Source: a virus
DNA: 64,000 bases
Virus record (IMG/VR): IMGVR_UViG_3300027816_000087
Span: 25,073-89,072 of that record
Reading direction: 5' to 3' (one strand)
Shown here: positions 1 to 10,400 of the stretch, piece by piece
Position numbering within the stretch: position 1 is the stretch's first letter
Layout: each line of letters begins with the position of its first letter
Program-made: the position numbers and the translations under genes
Notes under the pieces: model-generated
The model's database searches: none
Told to the model about the DNA's origin: nothing
Seen by the model: only the letters and a program-made list of their open reading frames with translations

Positions 1-201
1 CTTAAAAAGCATAATGATGGTAGAGAGATACAAGTTGAAGCAGGACAATGGATGCAAACAGTTATAAATCAATTGGATGAGTCTATTCCTTTCTCAAGTT
101 ATGACATTAATATTAAATATTATTTGGAAGAAATCTATAAACAGATTGAACAAATAGAAAAAGAAAGTGTCAAAGAATATACACAACTAACATTGTTTTA
201 A
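1..201 (+). CDS. C-terminal end of a probable family B DNA polymerase (truncated by the window edge)
   Basis: Frame 1 is open from base 1 to TAA at 199-201 and reads ...YDINIKYYLEEIYKQIEQIEKESVKEYTQLTLF. The INxxYY ending resembles crAss-like PolB termini and QLTLF matches the QL[S/D]LF beta-clamp-binding motif. Not in the ORF track. Confidence 0.55.
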   Translation, partial: LKKHNDGREIQVEAGQWMQTVINQLDESIPFSSYDINIKYYLEEIYKQIEQIEKESVKEYTQLTLF

Positions 202-202
202 T

Positions 203-835
203 ATGGCATTAATTGGACTTTCAGGTTATAGTGGATCAGGTAAAGATACCTTTGGTCGTCTCATACAATACCACATTGCTAAAAATACTAAAGATATTAG
301 CACGATTGATGTAATTAGCAATTACATGGAAAATCAGTGGTGGTTAGAAGAAAAATCAGAATGGGAAATAAAAAAGTTTGCAGGGAAGCTAAAAGAAATA
401 GCTTCCTTGCTCACTGGTATCCCAGTGTATAAGTTTGAAGATCAAGAATATAAAAACACTTATCTAGGTGATGAATGGCGTATCCATGGTCTACCTATGA
501 AGGTGAGAGAGTTTTTACAATATCTTGGTACAAATGCACTTAGAGAATGTCTTCACCAAAACACATGGGTTAATGCTTTATTTGCAGACTATAAAGAAAG
601 TGACAATTGGATTATTACAGATGTTAGATTTCCTAATGAAGCCAAGGCTATTAAAGATAGAGGTGGTTTAATGATTAGAATTGATCGACCTTTTGTTAAA
701 CCTATTAATAGTCATCAATCAGAAACAGCACTTGATAATTGGAATTTTGATTATAAAGTGGCAAATGTTTCTGATCTTATATCATTATCATTTACAGTTG
801 AAACTATTTTACAAGAACAAAAACTAATATTATGA
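203..835 (+). CDS. Deoxynucleoside monophosphate kinase (T4 gp1-like)
   Basis: P-loop GLSGYSGSGKDT, FAGKLKE, REFLQYLGT, IITDVRFPNE and HQSE motifs typical of phage dNMP kinases. Confidence 0.85.
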   Translation: MALIGLSGYSGSGKDTFGRLIQYHIAKNTKDISTIDVISNYMENQWWLEEKSEWEIKKFAGKLKEIASLLTGIPVYKFEDQEYKNTYLGDEWRIHGLPMKVREFLQYLGTNALRECLHQNTWVNALFADYKESDNWIITDVRFPNEAKAIKDRGGLMIRIDRPFVKPINSHQSETALDNWNFDYKVANVSDLISLSFTVETILQEQKLIL

Positions 836-1590
836 TTTTTAAAATTAATTTTCAAAGCGTTATCATCGCTGCTCTTTTAGTAATTCTTTTTATGATGCTA
901 TTAGATAAATGTAGTTCTGAAGAAGAATTTAGAACATTAAAAATGAAATACGATGAAGACATTACACGTATCAAAGATAGCTTAGGTAATGTTATCACTG
1001 TTAAAGATGCTGAAATTGTTCAGAATCAAGAAAGTATGAAAGATTTAAGAGCTCGCTTGTTTGAAACAACAGAAAAGTATAACAAGAAAGTAAAAGAGGT
1101 ACAAGCTCTTATAGGACAAGAAACAGAAGTTGTTATTAAAGAAGTACCAGTTCCCTATGTAGATAGTGCTAAAATGAAAAAGTGGGCAGATAGTATCGCT
1201 ATTAAATGCGCTGAAGTAATTAAATATTATGAAGACAGCACTATTAGAATTGGTGCAAAAGCTAAAGACTCCACAGCTTATTACAAAATAGATGCCATAG
1301 TTGAAAAGAAAGGAATTAAAATGAATGAAATCAAATTCATTGATTCTCAGTATGTAGCAATTACAAAGATGAAAGGAGGCATCTTAAAAAGAAACACTAA
1401 AGGAAAATTTCGATTATATGTCCCTCCAACCACTAGAGTGGAGATTAAGCATACGAATCCCCATTTCCAAAATACAGGTGTTAATTCATTTATCTTTGAG
1501 AAGAAGACTAATCGTGGATATGGAGCTGGTATATTACATGGAGCTATAGGAGGACTTGTGTTTGGTTTACTATTAACATTATCCCCATGA
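832..1590 (+). CDS. Membrane-anchored coiled-coil protein, possible spanin
   Basis: N-terminal hydrophobic helix followed by DKC, charged coiled-coil segment, and a second hydrophobic Gly-rich segment at the C-terminus; ATGA overlaps with both neighbours. Confidence 0.45.
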   Translation: MIFKINFQSVIIAALLVILFMMLLDKCSSEEEFRTLKMKYDEDITRIKDSLGNVITVKDAEIVQNQESMKDLRARLFETTEKYNKKVKEVQALIGQETEVVIKEVPVPYVDSAKMKKWADSIAIKCAEVIKYYEDSTIRIGAKAKDSTAYYKIDAIVEKKGIKMNEIKFIDSQYVAITKMKGGILKRNTKGKFRLYVPPTTRVEIKHTNPHFQNTGVNSFIFEKKTNRGYGAGILHGAIGGLVFGLLLTLSP

Positions 1591-2444
1591 AGATAATACA
1601 TCAAAAAACAAAAACCCTTACAACAAAAGATAATGGGAGAAGCTCAGATGCAGTTTCTCCCAATTTTATCTATGGTTGTTTAGGAGGCTGCATGAACAGT
1701 TATTGTTATGTAGGTAGATACAATCACGATAAGGTGTATATAAATGAGAACTATGGTCAAATACTACAATCTATACATAACTGGGTAAAAGATAAACCTT
1801 GGCCTAAAACTCCTAATCAAGTAGATGATAAGTATTATGTCATAGACATAGGATGTAGTACAGATGTGGCTCTTATGAGTAAGCACTATGACTGGCAGGA
1901 AAATGTATTTCAGTTTTTTAATAATACAGATAGAGTAAAAAGTACATTTGCCACTAAGTATCCTAGTATGTTCCACCCTGAAACATATGACTTAGCCCCA
2001 GGTAAGCATAGAATTAGAGTGAGCTTAATGCCTCAGAAGTATAGTAATGTACTAGAACCTAACACAGATCTTATATCTGATCGCATACAATCTATCCCTA
2101 GACTACAGAAATATATGGAAGTGCATATAAATTTCAGTCCTATTATTTATGAAGAAGGGTGGTTAGATGAGTATAGGAAGCTTTTTGAAGAAATAAAAAG
2201 TTATGGTATACAAAACATAAAATGTGAATGTATATTCTTAACACATAATGTATTTCAACACGAACGTAATGCTCCACAAGTGAGAGATCTACTATGGAAA
2301 CCTGATATACAAGAAGCTAAAGACTCACAATACGCACCAGATAATATACGTTATCGTTATGATCTAAAGAGAGAGATGATAAAAGACTTCACTAAACTGT
2401 ATAGTGAATACTTTAATCCATCTCAGATTAGATATATTTTTTAA
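1587..2444 (+). CDS. Spore photoproduct lyase-like radical SAM protein
   Basis: YGCLGGCMNSYCY Fe-S motif, IDIGCSTD (equivalent of the SplB catalytic Cys region), FATK, RIRVSLMP, HINFSPII and terminal IRYIF as in SplB-family proteins. Confidence 0.8.
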   Translation: MKIIHQKTKTLTTKDNGRSSDAVSPNFIYGCLGGCMNSYCYVGRYNHDKVYINENYGQILQSIHNWVKDKPWPKTPNQVDDKYYVIDIGCSTDVALMSKHYDWQENVFQFFNNTDRVKSTFATKYPSMFHPETYDLAPGKHRIRVSLMPQKYSNVLEPNTDLISDRIQSIPRLQKYMEVHINFSPIIYEEGWLDEYRKLFEEIKSYGIQNIKCECIFLTHNVFQHERNAPQVRDLLWKPDIQEAKDSQYAPDNIRYRYDLKREMIKDFTKLYSEYFNPSQIRYIF

Positions 2445-2462
2445 ACTTTAAAACTAAATATT

Positions 2463-2630
2463 ATGACAAAGAACAAATTTCAAATACATTTTCTTCCTAT
2501 TAATCATATGCTTATAGGATTTAGCTATCAAGAAGGAACATCAGGAGATAATGAATCAGAACAAGTTGAAGAATTTTCAATTGGTTTTGGCTTAATATCA
2601 TTTTCTTTATATAGAATACACAAAGTATAA
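2463..2630 (+). CDS. Small hypothetical protein (55 aa, MTKNKFQIHF...LYRIHKV)
   Basis: ATG at 2463, TAA at 2628-2630, AT-rich leader; fills the gap between the SplB-like gene and the terminator. Below the ORF track cutoff. Confidence 0.6.
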   Translation: MTKNKFQIHFLPINHMLIGFSYQEGTSGDNESEQVEEFSIGFGLISFSLYRIHKV

Positions 2631-2661
2631 AAAAAGGGGAATTAACTTTCCCCCTTTTTTT
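2629..2661. terminator. Bidirectional intrinsic terminator between the convergent modules
   Basis: aaaaaaaggggaa-ttaact-ttccccctttttt: G/C stem flanked by an A tract and a T tract, exactly between the two convergent stop codons. Confidence 0.85.
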
Positions 2662-5600
2662 ATAACTTAAGCCCCATGCTTTTTCGAAAGTCTTCATTAA
2701 ACAATCCTATTATATCTTGAACAGGTCTTACAATAGGAATCATTTTATTAAAATATTTCATTGGATGCGACTCATCAACAAGTTTTTCATTTTTAGTTCC
2801 AAGTCCCCAAAGTTCTGTAATTATATTTTCAAAAAAGTTTCCTATATCAGTAAGTAAACCCATAACTGGAATAGGACTTTTAATTAGTTCTCTAAACTCT
2901 GTAGGATTATAGAAAAATGCCACCTCATTAAACCATTTATCCACTGCTTTAGCAAAACCTTTTCTAATACTTTTTGCATCTTCATCTTCATTATCTGGAC
3001 CACTTCTCGCCCACATTAATAAACTAAAGAATGCAAGCAATATTAGTAACTCACGCATCATTGATCTAAGATTACCAATATACATATCAACAAACTCAGC
3101 CTCAGACATTCTATCTTTAAAGTTTAAGTCCCCTTGCTCAGCTTTTCTTATAAGCATCTCTTGATATCTTGCTTTTGCTCTTTCAATTGTATTAGTTCCA
3201 AACCCTGTTACAAGCTCACCAACAAGAGGTAAAAACTTTTCTGATATTAAATGTTTAAAGAATATACGTGCCTTACCATAATTGTATGTTTCTAAATCTG
3301 TATCATAAGCTAAATCACCAAATCTTTCAATTACAAGACCAGGAATCCATGATCTAAATTGCATTATTACTTGACCTAACATTGTAGTTCTAACTAAATT
3401 AATATCTTCAGTTGTTGAGTTACCTAATATTAATTTATTTACTTTCTTTATTTTATTTCTAAACTCAATAAATGTATCACTTTTTCTATCAACACCTTCT
3501 ATTTCAAGCTTATCATTTACCACTTTACTTTTAGCATACAAAGAATTATTTTTTGTATATTCTTCTATTTCATCTTGAACTTTTTTCATTAACGCTTTGC
3601 GTTCTTGAGAAGGAAGATTGTATATATTATTATAGTTATTTTTAGCTTTTACATATTCACGTATAGAAACTATTTCTCCTTTTTCATCAACCATGTGAGA
3701 CCTATACATAGCTACTGATACAGGGTATGTAACAATTTTATCACCTGCTCTTTGAATTAAAAAGAATTTATCTGCTGTCCATTTTTGAAGAACACCACTA
3801 ACAGAAAGTTGATTACTTTTTAAAAAAGATTGATCTTCAAGATCTATACCTGCATAATCTATGAATGCCCATGCTTTTTCATCTTTTGATGTTAAAGCGT
3901 ATTGTCCAAATCCCCAATCACCATCACCAAAATAAATATTCTTTTTAGCAATAAATGATGCATTCACTGTACCCCCCACTAAGTTAGCTGTTCCTGATAT
4001 AGGATTAAAAGCAAGTGTTTTAATTGAAAAATATCTTAATACAGCTTGTAATGATTTAGTTGCTGATATTTCTTTTCCAGCAATTTTAAATGTAAAGTCA
4101 GCTCCTGCATCCATTTTTTGACCATATACATAAAAGTTTACAAATTTTTCTAATACTTCATAGTTAATTTTATTATTTTTTACAGGTTCACCACCTTGTT
4201 TAACCTTACCCCATTGATTTGTTTGTAAAACATCTTTATTCTTTTCAATGTATAATATCAAGTTAGCACTATCTTCTATAGAACTCATTGCTTTATAGTT
4301 AGATGTATGTGTTCCCCATATACTAAACACTTTAAATAAATCAAAGCTTTTATCTGCACCAAGTTCATATGTATAATAAACAGGTATTTTTTTAATTTGT
4401 TGCCCGTTAATATCTAGTTGACCAAATTCTTGAGCTGAGTCAACTGTAAGTGATTGTAAAAAAGATTGCATATTAAAAGCTTTTCCCATATCACCAAGAA
4501 CAGCAGATTCCATTTTAGTTCTAATAATAGAAGGAATAAAACCAAACTCATAATCAATCATGCCTGCTTTTTCAGAATCTCTTAACATTTGTTGAAACTC
4601 ATCATATACAGCTTTAAGAGGAGCATTCTCAGCTTTGTTTAAATCCTTATATTTATCACTCCACCAAATATCTTTTGGCTTTAAAAAATTTCCTTTAGGG
4701 AGTAGTGCAGCAACATTAGACTTTTCACCATTATGAAGCTCAACCCATTTGATAATAGCAGCATCTTTCTTTTCTCTATCTAGTTTAGGATCAGCACTAT
4801 ATGTTGTTCCTTCTACTAATTCTTTATATCTTTTAAATGCTTTTAAATATCCTTCTGAATCAAAAACAGTATTAGCTCTAATCCAAGCAAAGTCTCCTTT
4901 TTTAATAGCTTGATTTTTTAATCTAATGAACTCATCGCTATATATCTTTAAGAAGTCACCCGTTTTTTTACCTTCTGCATCAATATCAAGTATACCATCA
5001 AATATATTACTAATTGATATACCTTTTGCAGATGCCCATTTTTCTAAATTAGTTTTTAATTCAGCAAGTTTTGTGTTTGTTTCTTCTATTTCTAAATCTC
5101 TAGTTTGAAATGCTTTGTTACGAATTTTATAAAACACTTGAGCTGCTGCTGTTTCTAATTGTGAAAGAGCCCTAAAATTACGTTTTAATAAATCCATCAC
5201 ACGCTCAGGATTTAACAATCCTTTTACACCATTCTTTTTGGCTTCAGCATCACCAAGTTCTCTAGCTCTTTCATTAAGTAAAAAAACTAAATCTTTAGCG
5301 TTTAAGCTCATTGTTTTAAAATCATCTTGTATTTTCTCAAGTTTTCTTTTTTCAGAAGCATCTTGTTCATTTGCAATTTCATTTTTTAATTTTTTAAGAA
5401 GATCTCTTAAATAAACAGAGCTTTCAGAATATACATTAATAATATCTCTTGCTTCTAATATTTCTGATATGCCAATATCGTTATTGTCATACTTGTCAAA
5501 GTATTTATTTATTTCAATTAATCCACTATCCACAAAGTTTTTTAAATCCTTCTTAACTTGAAGTGTTCTAATTGTCTTTTTTAATTTGTTTAATTCAATA

Positions 5601-7486
5601 CTCTTTTTATCTTTTTCTTTAGATGATTTATTTGCTAATGTTTCATAAATAATATAAAGTCTTCTGATAAACTCATCTAATTTTTCATCGCCTGTTGATT
5701 CTGCTTTTGCAACAACAGGAAGCAAGTATTCTTTATTTTCAGGAATAAGCGCAGGATCTAATGGTCCAATTTCTATATTTTTAAGATTTTGAGGAACCCA
5801 ACCTCCTGACACTTTACCCATTTTAAATTCTGTACGAATTGGAATTGCTCTTATTTTGTTAAACTGTGTTATTCCAAATTGTTGTTCTATAGCTTGTTTA
5901 TATTCATCAAGCTGTAATCTATATGCAGGTTCTTTAAACCATTTTAATTCTGTTTCACCATCTCTAATTTCTTGAGATTTCCAATCATATATATCAGCTG
6001 AACCATCGTTTAAAAATACAAGTAAGTCAACAGTTCCAGGTAAGTTCTTCTTTGAATTATATATTCTTGCTTCAAACATAAATCTAGTACCTGGAGGATA
6101 TGATCTAATTAATGCTTTTATATATCCATCTAACTTTCTTTCCACTTCAGCATTAACATCTAACTTATCACCAGGAATTGCTGATGCACGTACTAATCCT
6201 GTAGCAGGATCAACATATCTATTTCCTATTTTTTCTATGTCTTTGTGTAATCCTATACCATACTCGGCTTTTAAATCATCTATAACTTTTTGAACATCAG
6301 ATCTTTTATCTGTAGGAAACATTTTCTTATACCATGGCTTCACTACATTTTCATTAACACTTCTTGGTGTACCATCTGCATCTACAATTGGTTTACCATC
6401 TTCCATGTAAATATGTTTCTTCTTACCTGTCTTAGGATCAATATCATCATCTAATGTTATTTTATTACGCAATGCCATAGCTTTATTAAAGTTAGCTTCA
6501 GCTGCATTACTCATTTGTAGATATTGCTCTTCACTTCTAAATTCTAAATTTAAATCACTAACATCTGCTTCCATTATTTTTTGAGCAGCTACTTTAAAAG
6601 GATTGTCTAATTTTTCGTTTATCTTTTCTCCTCTATTAAACATCTTTAACAAAGCTACCCACACTTTCTTCCACCAAGATTTTGCTGCTTCTACTCTTTT
6701 AGTAGTTTCTTGTTCATCAAATTTTTCTATAACATGCTGAGCAATAAGTTTACCTATTGCTTCTTTCTTAAGTTTGTCAAAGTTTATTGTACCATCTGAG
6801 TTTCTATATAACTTGCTGTTTTTATATTTCTCTACTGTTTCTGTATATAAAGCATAAGACGTAATCTTAGAATACATGTCCTTGTACAAAGGATGATTCT
6901 CTCCAAGCATCTCTACAAAGAAGTGAGCAGCTTCTTCAGGAAGTGTGGTGATATCTGCTTCACCATTAACCACTTGAATGATCTTATTAAGCATGTCTGC
7001 TTTAGCTATAGCATCAAGCTTATTTCCTTCTCTGTCTCTTATTTCATCTAATGATTGTACAGATACTCCTATACTTGCAAGAAATTTATTAATCTTAGAA
7101 TTTAGTTCTTGATTTGAAGGTCTTTCAGATGCTTTTTCTTTTTGAAAAAATTCACCCCTATCTTCTTCTGTATACATTCCTCTTTTTCTTTCTTCTTCTT
7201 GTAAAGCAGCAGCATCTCTAAGTAATTTATTTTGCTCATCTGTTTTATATTGTTCAAAATATACATTAACAAGCTTATCTGAGGGGTTAATGCTAAAAGA
7301 TCCTTTCTCACCTTCTTTTACTAGTATATCTTTAAAAGATTTATTTACTTCAGATATAGCTTTTGATGCTTTTGAAGGATTAGGAAAATACCCTGTATCA
7401 CCCATAACATCTGCACCTCTTTGTGCAAGCATGTTTCCAGCTTTATCAATTATATCTTTCTTAATATCTAATGAACACTTTGCCAT
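2660..7486 (-). CDS. Large RNA polymerase-associated virion protein with a PD-(D/E)xK nuclease domain
   Basis: About 1608 aa from the likely start MAKCSL. FEARIY...GTVDLL...IYDWKS...YRLQLDEYK nuclease signature; PEEAAH degenerate zincin-like helix; directly downstream of the giant RNAP gene as in crAss-like phages. Confidence 0.7.
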   Translation of the reverse strand: MAKCSLDIKKDIIDKAGNMLAQRGADVMGDTGYFPNPSKASKAISEVNKSFKDILVKEGEKGSFSINPSDKLVNVYFEQYKTDEQNKLLRDAAALQEEERKRGMYTEEDRGEFFQKEKASERPSNQELNSKINKFLASIGVSVQSLDEIRDREGNKLDAIAKADMLNKIIQVVNGEADITTLPEEAAHFFVEMLGENHPLYKDMYSKITSYALYTETVEKYKNSKLYRNSDGTINFDKLKKEAIGKLIAQHVIEKFDEQETTKRVEAAKSWWKKVWVALLKMFNRGEKINEKLDNPFKVAAQKIMEADVSDLNLEFRSEEQYLQMSNAAEANFNKAMALRNKITLDDDIDPKTGKKKHIYMEDGKPIVDADGTPRSVNENVVKPWYKKMFPTDKRSDVQKVIDDLKAEYGIGLHKDIEKIGNRYVDPATGLVRASAIPGDKLDVNAEVERKLDGYIKALIRSYPPGTRFMFEARIYNSKKNLPGTVDLLVFLNDGSADIYDWKSQEIRDGETELKWFKEPAYRLQLDEYKQAIEQQFGITQFNKIRAIPIRTEFKMGKVSGGWVPQNLKNIEIGPLDPALIPENKEYLLPVVAKAESTGDEKLDEFIRRLYIIYETLANKSSKEKDKKSIELNKLKKTIRTLQVKKDLKNFVDSGLIEINKYFDKYDNNDIGISEILEARDIINVYSESSVYLRDLLKKLKNEIANEQDASEKRKLEKIQDDFKTMSLNAKDLVFLLNERARELGDAEAKKNGVKGLLNPERVMDLLKRNFRALSQLETAAAQVFYKIRNKAFQTRDLEIEETNTKLAELKTNLEKWASAKGISISNIFDGILDIDAEGKKTGDFLKIYSDEFIRLKNQAIKKGDFAWIRANTVFDSEGYLKAFKRYKELVEGTTYSADPKLDREKKDAAIIKWVELHNGEKSNVAALLPKGNFLKPKDIWWSDKYKDLNKAENAPLKAVYDEFQQMLRDSEKAGMIDYEFGFIPSIIRTKMESAVLGDMGKAFNMQSFLQSLTVDSAQEFGQLDINGQQIKKIPVYYTYELGADKSFDLFKVFSIWGTHTSNYKAMSSIEDSANLILYIEKNKDVLQTNQWGKVKQGGEPVKNNKINYEVLEKFVNFYVYGQKMDAGADFTFKIAGKEISATKSLQAVLRYFSIKTLAFNPISGTANLVGGTVNASFIAKKNIYFGDGDWGFGQYALTSKDEKAWAFIDYAGIDLEDQSFLKSNQLSVSGVLQKWTADKFFLIQRAGDKIVTYPVSVAMYRSHMVDEKGEIVSIREYVKAKNNYNNIYNLPSQERKALMKKVQDEIEEYTKNNSLYAKSKVVNDKLEIEGVDRKSDTFIEFRNKIKKVNKLILGNSTTEDINLVRTTMLGQVIMQFRSWIPGLVIERFGDLAYDTDLETYNYGKARIFFKHLISEKFLPLVGELVTGFGTNTIERAKARYQEMLIRKAEQGDLNFKDRMSEAEFVDMYIGNLRSMMRELLILLAFFSLLMWARSGPDNEDEDAKSIRKGFAKAVDKWFNEVAFFYNPTEFRELIKSPIPVMGLLTDIGNFFENIITELWGLGTKNEKLVDESHPMKYFNKMIPIVRPVQDIIGLFNEDFRKSMGLKL

Positions 7487-7488
7487 AA

Positions 7489-10400
7489 TTATCCGCAATT
7501 ATTTTGATTATTGTTATCAATTGATGGTAGTCCTTCAGGTTGGATTTTTGATGGTCCAGTTACAGCTTGTGTAGGTTGAACTAGTGTATTTTCTCCTAAA
7601 GTGTTAACAGAATTTGGTTTAATGTACGTTGTAGAATCTGGATTTAAAAAATCTTGTCTCCTGTTTTCATTAGGATTTACATTTGTAATAAATCTAACTT
7701 TTACACCAGCTTTAGTTCCAATTCTAGATTCTTTTTCATACTCTTCTTGTGATATAATTTTCCAAACATTATATTTATCATCTTGCACTTGTTCACCAAC
7801 TTTAAACTCTTTTATGGTTTTTTTACCACTTACAGGAGCTTGTGTAATACTAGACAACACTCTATCTAACTCTTGTCTCCAATTAGGATTAGCCATATTA
7901 ATTGTAGGAATTCCTTTTCTTCTAGCCATTTCAACAGCTTGTCCTGTACCACCCTTGGGTCTTAAAGGATTATCTGTTTCTTCTGCATAGAATAAAACAA
8001 AGTCTACTGTACTATCAAGATTTTTACCAAATATTTGATTGGTATTTCTAGCCATTAATTTTAACCCACCAGGTGTTAATCTATCTGGAGCAGGATGAAT
8101 TTCTTTAACAACAGCTTCAGAAATTTTAGAAACATTATTATCATAAGTTTCTAAAGATGTATTTCCATTTACTGTTCTTCTAATACCAGAAGGACCAAAT
8201 AATATTTTATTTTTTGACCCATCTGAGAATGCTTTATCAGCACCTTCTTCATCTAATCCAGTTTCTTTATCTTTAAAAGTAAATCCTGTTTGTAAAGTAT
8301 ATCCAATTGAGTCTAAATATTTTGAAGCTTCAGTCATTAATTTTAGAACATCTGTTGGAGTTTCTCTACTACCAATACCTGCATAAGTCATTGTTCTTGT
8401 AGAAGATCTTCCTGGAAGTTTATCAAACTCAGGTAGTCCACTCTCTATTGTTTCTAAACTAACTTGTTTTCTCCATGCCATAACTGCTTCATCATGCATT
8501 GATTCATTTACATCACCATTAACTGCAAATCTTGATGCTTCTGTTAATGGATTAGGAGTTGTCTCTACTAAATACATACCATTTCCTAATTTATTAATAG
8601 GACGATATTTAACCACTGACTTATCTAATGTAACATCACTTCCAGTTGTATCTGTTATTTTAATTCTTTCATATAAGTTAAGCTTAAATCTTTCATCAAA
8701 TGGTAATTTATCATTTTTCGTATCAACTCCATCAACAGGAACATACATTTTAATATACTGATTTCTAGCAATATTTCTATCACCTCTTATAACAAGCAGA
8801 CCATTTTGAAGGTATTTTGCAGAATACTTTTGTTTAGGAACTATTTTATTGTTCTTATAGTTATTCTGATGAAAAGTTTTCCACACTTGATCTACATTTA
8901 CAACATCTGGTGAATTAGCATAATTTTTAAATATATCTGCTGTTAATCCTGCATACAGATTAAGTGGTAACACTTTTGTAAATGTTACAGGACTAAGCTG
9001 CACACCAGATTGCAAGATAGCTAATCTAGCTAAATTATCAATAAATTCTTTTAATTCAAAATCACCAATCATCTCAGCTTGAGAATATAATATGTCAATA
9101 GACTCACTTATAACATTAACATCATAAGATGACATTTTATTATTAAACATCTTAATGTTATCTGTACTAAGTCTATTCTGATTAATCACTGGGAATAAGT
9201 TCTTAAGAGCTAAGCTATCAGGATACTTATCCTTCATCCTTTTAAGACGTTTAGCCAAAGACTCGTTTTTACCATCTGTAAATAAGTTGAAATATTGGTT
9301 AAGTCTTTCATTATTTCCAAATGGTGTATTCTGTAATATATATGCAATAAAGAAGTTTTGGTATCTATTAAGATATTCAGCTTTATCTTCATTGGTCATA
9401 AATATACCATCGTCATCAAGCTTTTCTAATATAGGCTCAAATGCAGGTAGAGATTTAGGATTAAGAACAACAAAGAATTTCTCAAACATATTACGCACAT
9501 CATCTTTAACTTCCTTCACCTTTCCTAAGAATGTTTTATCAAACACTCTATCTAATGAATCTTGTTTAATAAAATTATCATTAACAGCACGATTATATCT
9601 AGATTGTTGTAAATGACTCTCAACTATGTTTTTAGTTTTAGTTGTATCATAAGATATACCTCTAATAAAGTTTGATAATTTATCAGCTTGTGTTTTATAA
9701 TCAAGCATATCCATAAGAATAGCCACTTGCATTAAGTTCTGTTCTTTTGTAAGTGTTTTACTTGATATTGCTTCTGCTAATTGTTGAGGAGTATATTGTT
9801 TGAATTGTTGTTGAATACCTCTAAATAATGCTAATGTTTTATCTGGATATTGTGTTGTATCAATAACATTCCCAGTTCCTTGTGTGTAATAAAGAGAAGC
9901 TGCTTTAATTATCACTTCGTTAAAATATAAGGCCTCATCATTCACTTCATTAACAAATGTCTTATTAGCATCTCTATATTTAAAGTAATCATCTATAACA
10001 GGTTGATTAAACATCAATGCTATATTCTCTTGAGACACACCACGTTTTGTTAAATAAAACCACGTAGCAGCAGTTTCTAGATTAAGACGTATATCAAATA
10101 TAAATGGATCTTTTGCAGCATCCACTGATCCTGTAAGAGCTTCATTAAACAAGTCAAATATATACATTCCATCTTCATCTACTGTAAGATCTAGTTTATT
10201 TGTATTTGAGTTTGGAAGTTTAATTTTCACTTGTCTAGTAGTACCATCATAATCTTTATATGTACCTGTTAACTCCACCTCACCAATTTGACTCATTGTG
10301 TGTGATGTAATCTGCAATGCTGCTACACCCACCAATTGTTTTGATGTTACAAATGTTTCACGCGTTTCTGACATAGTAACCCATTCAGAAAGCTTAGTCA

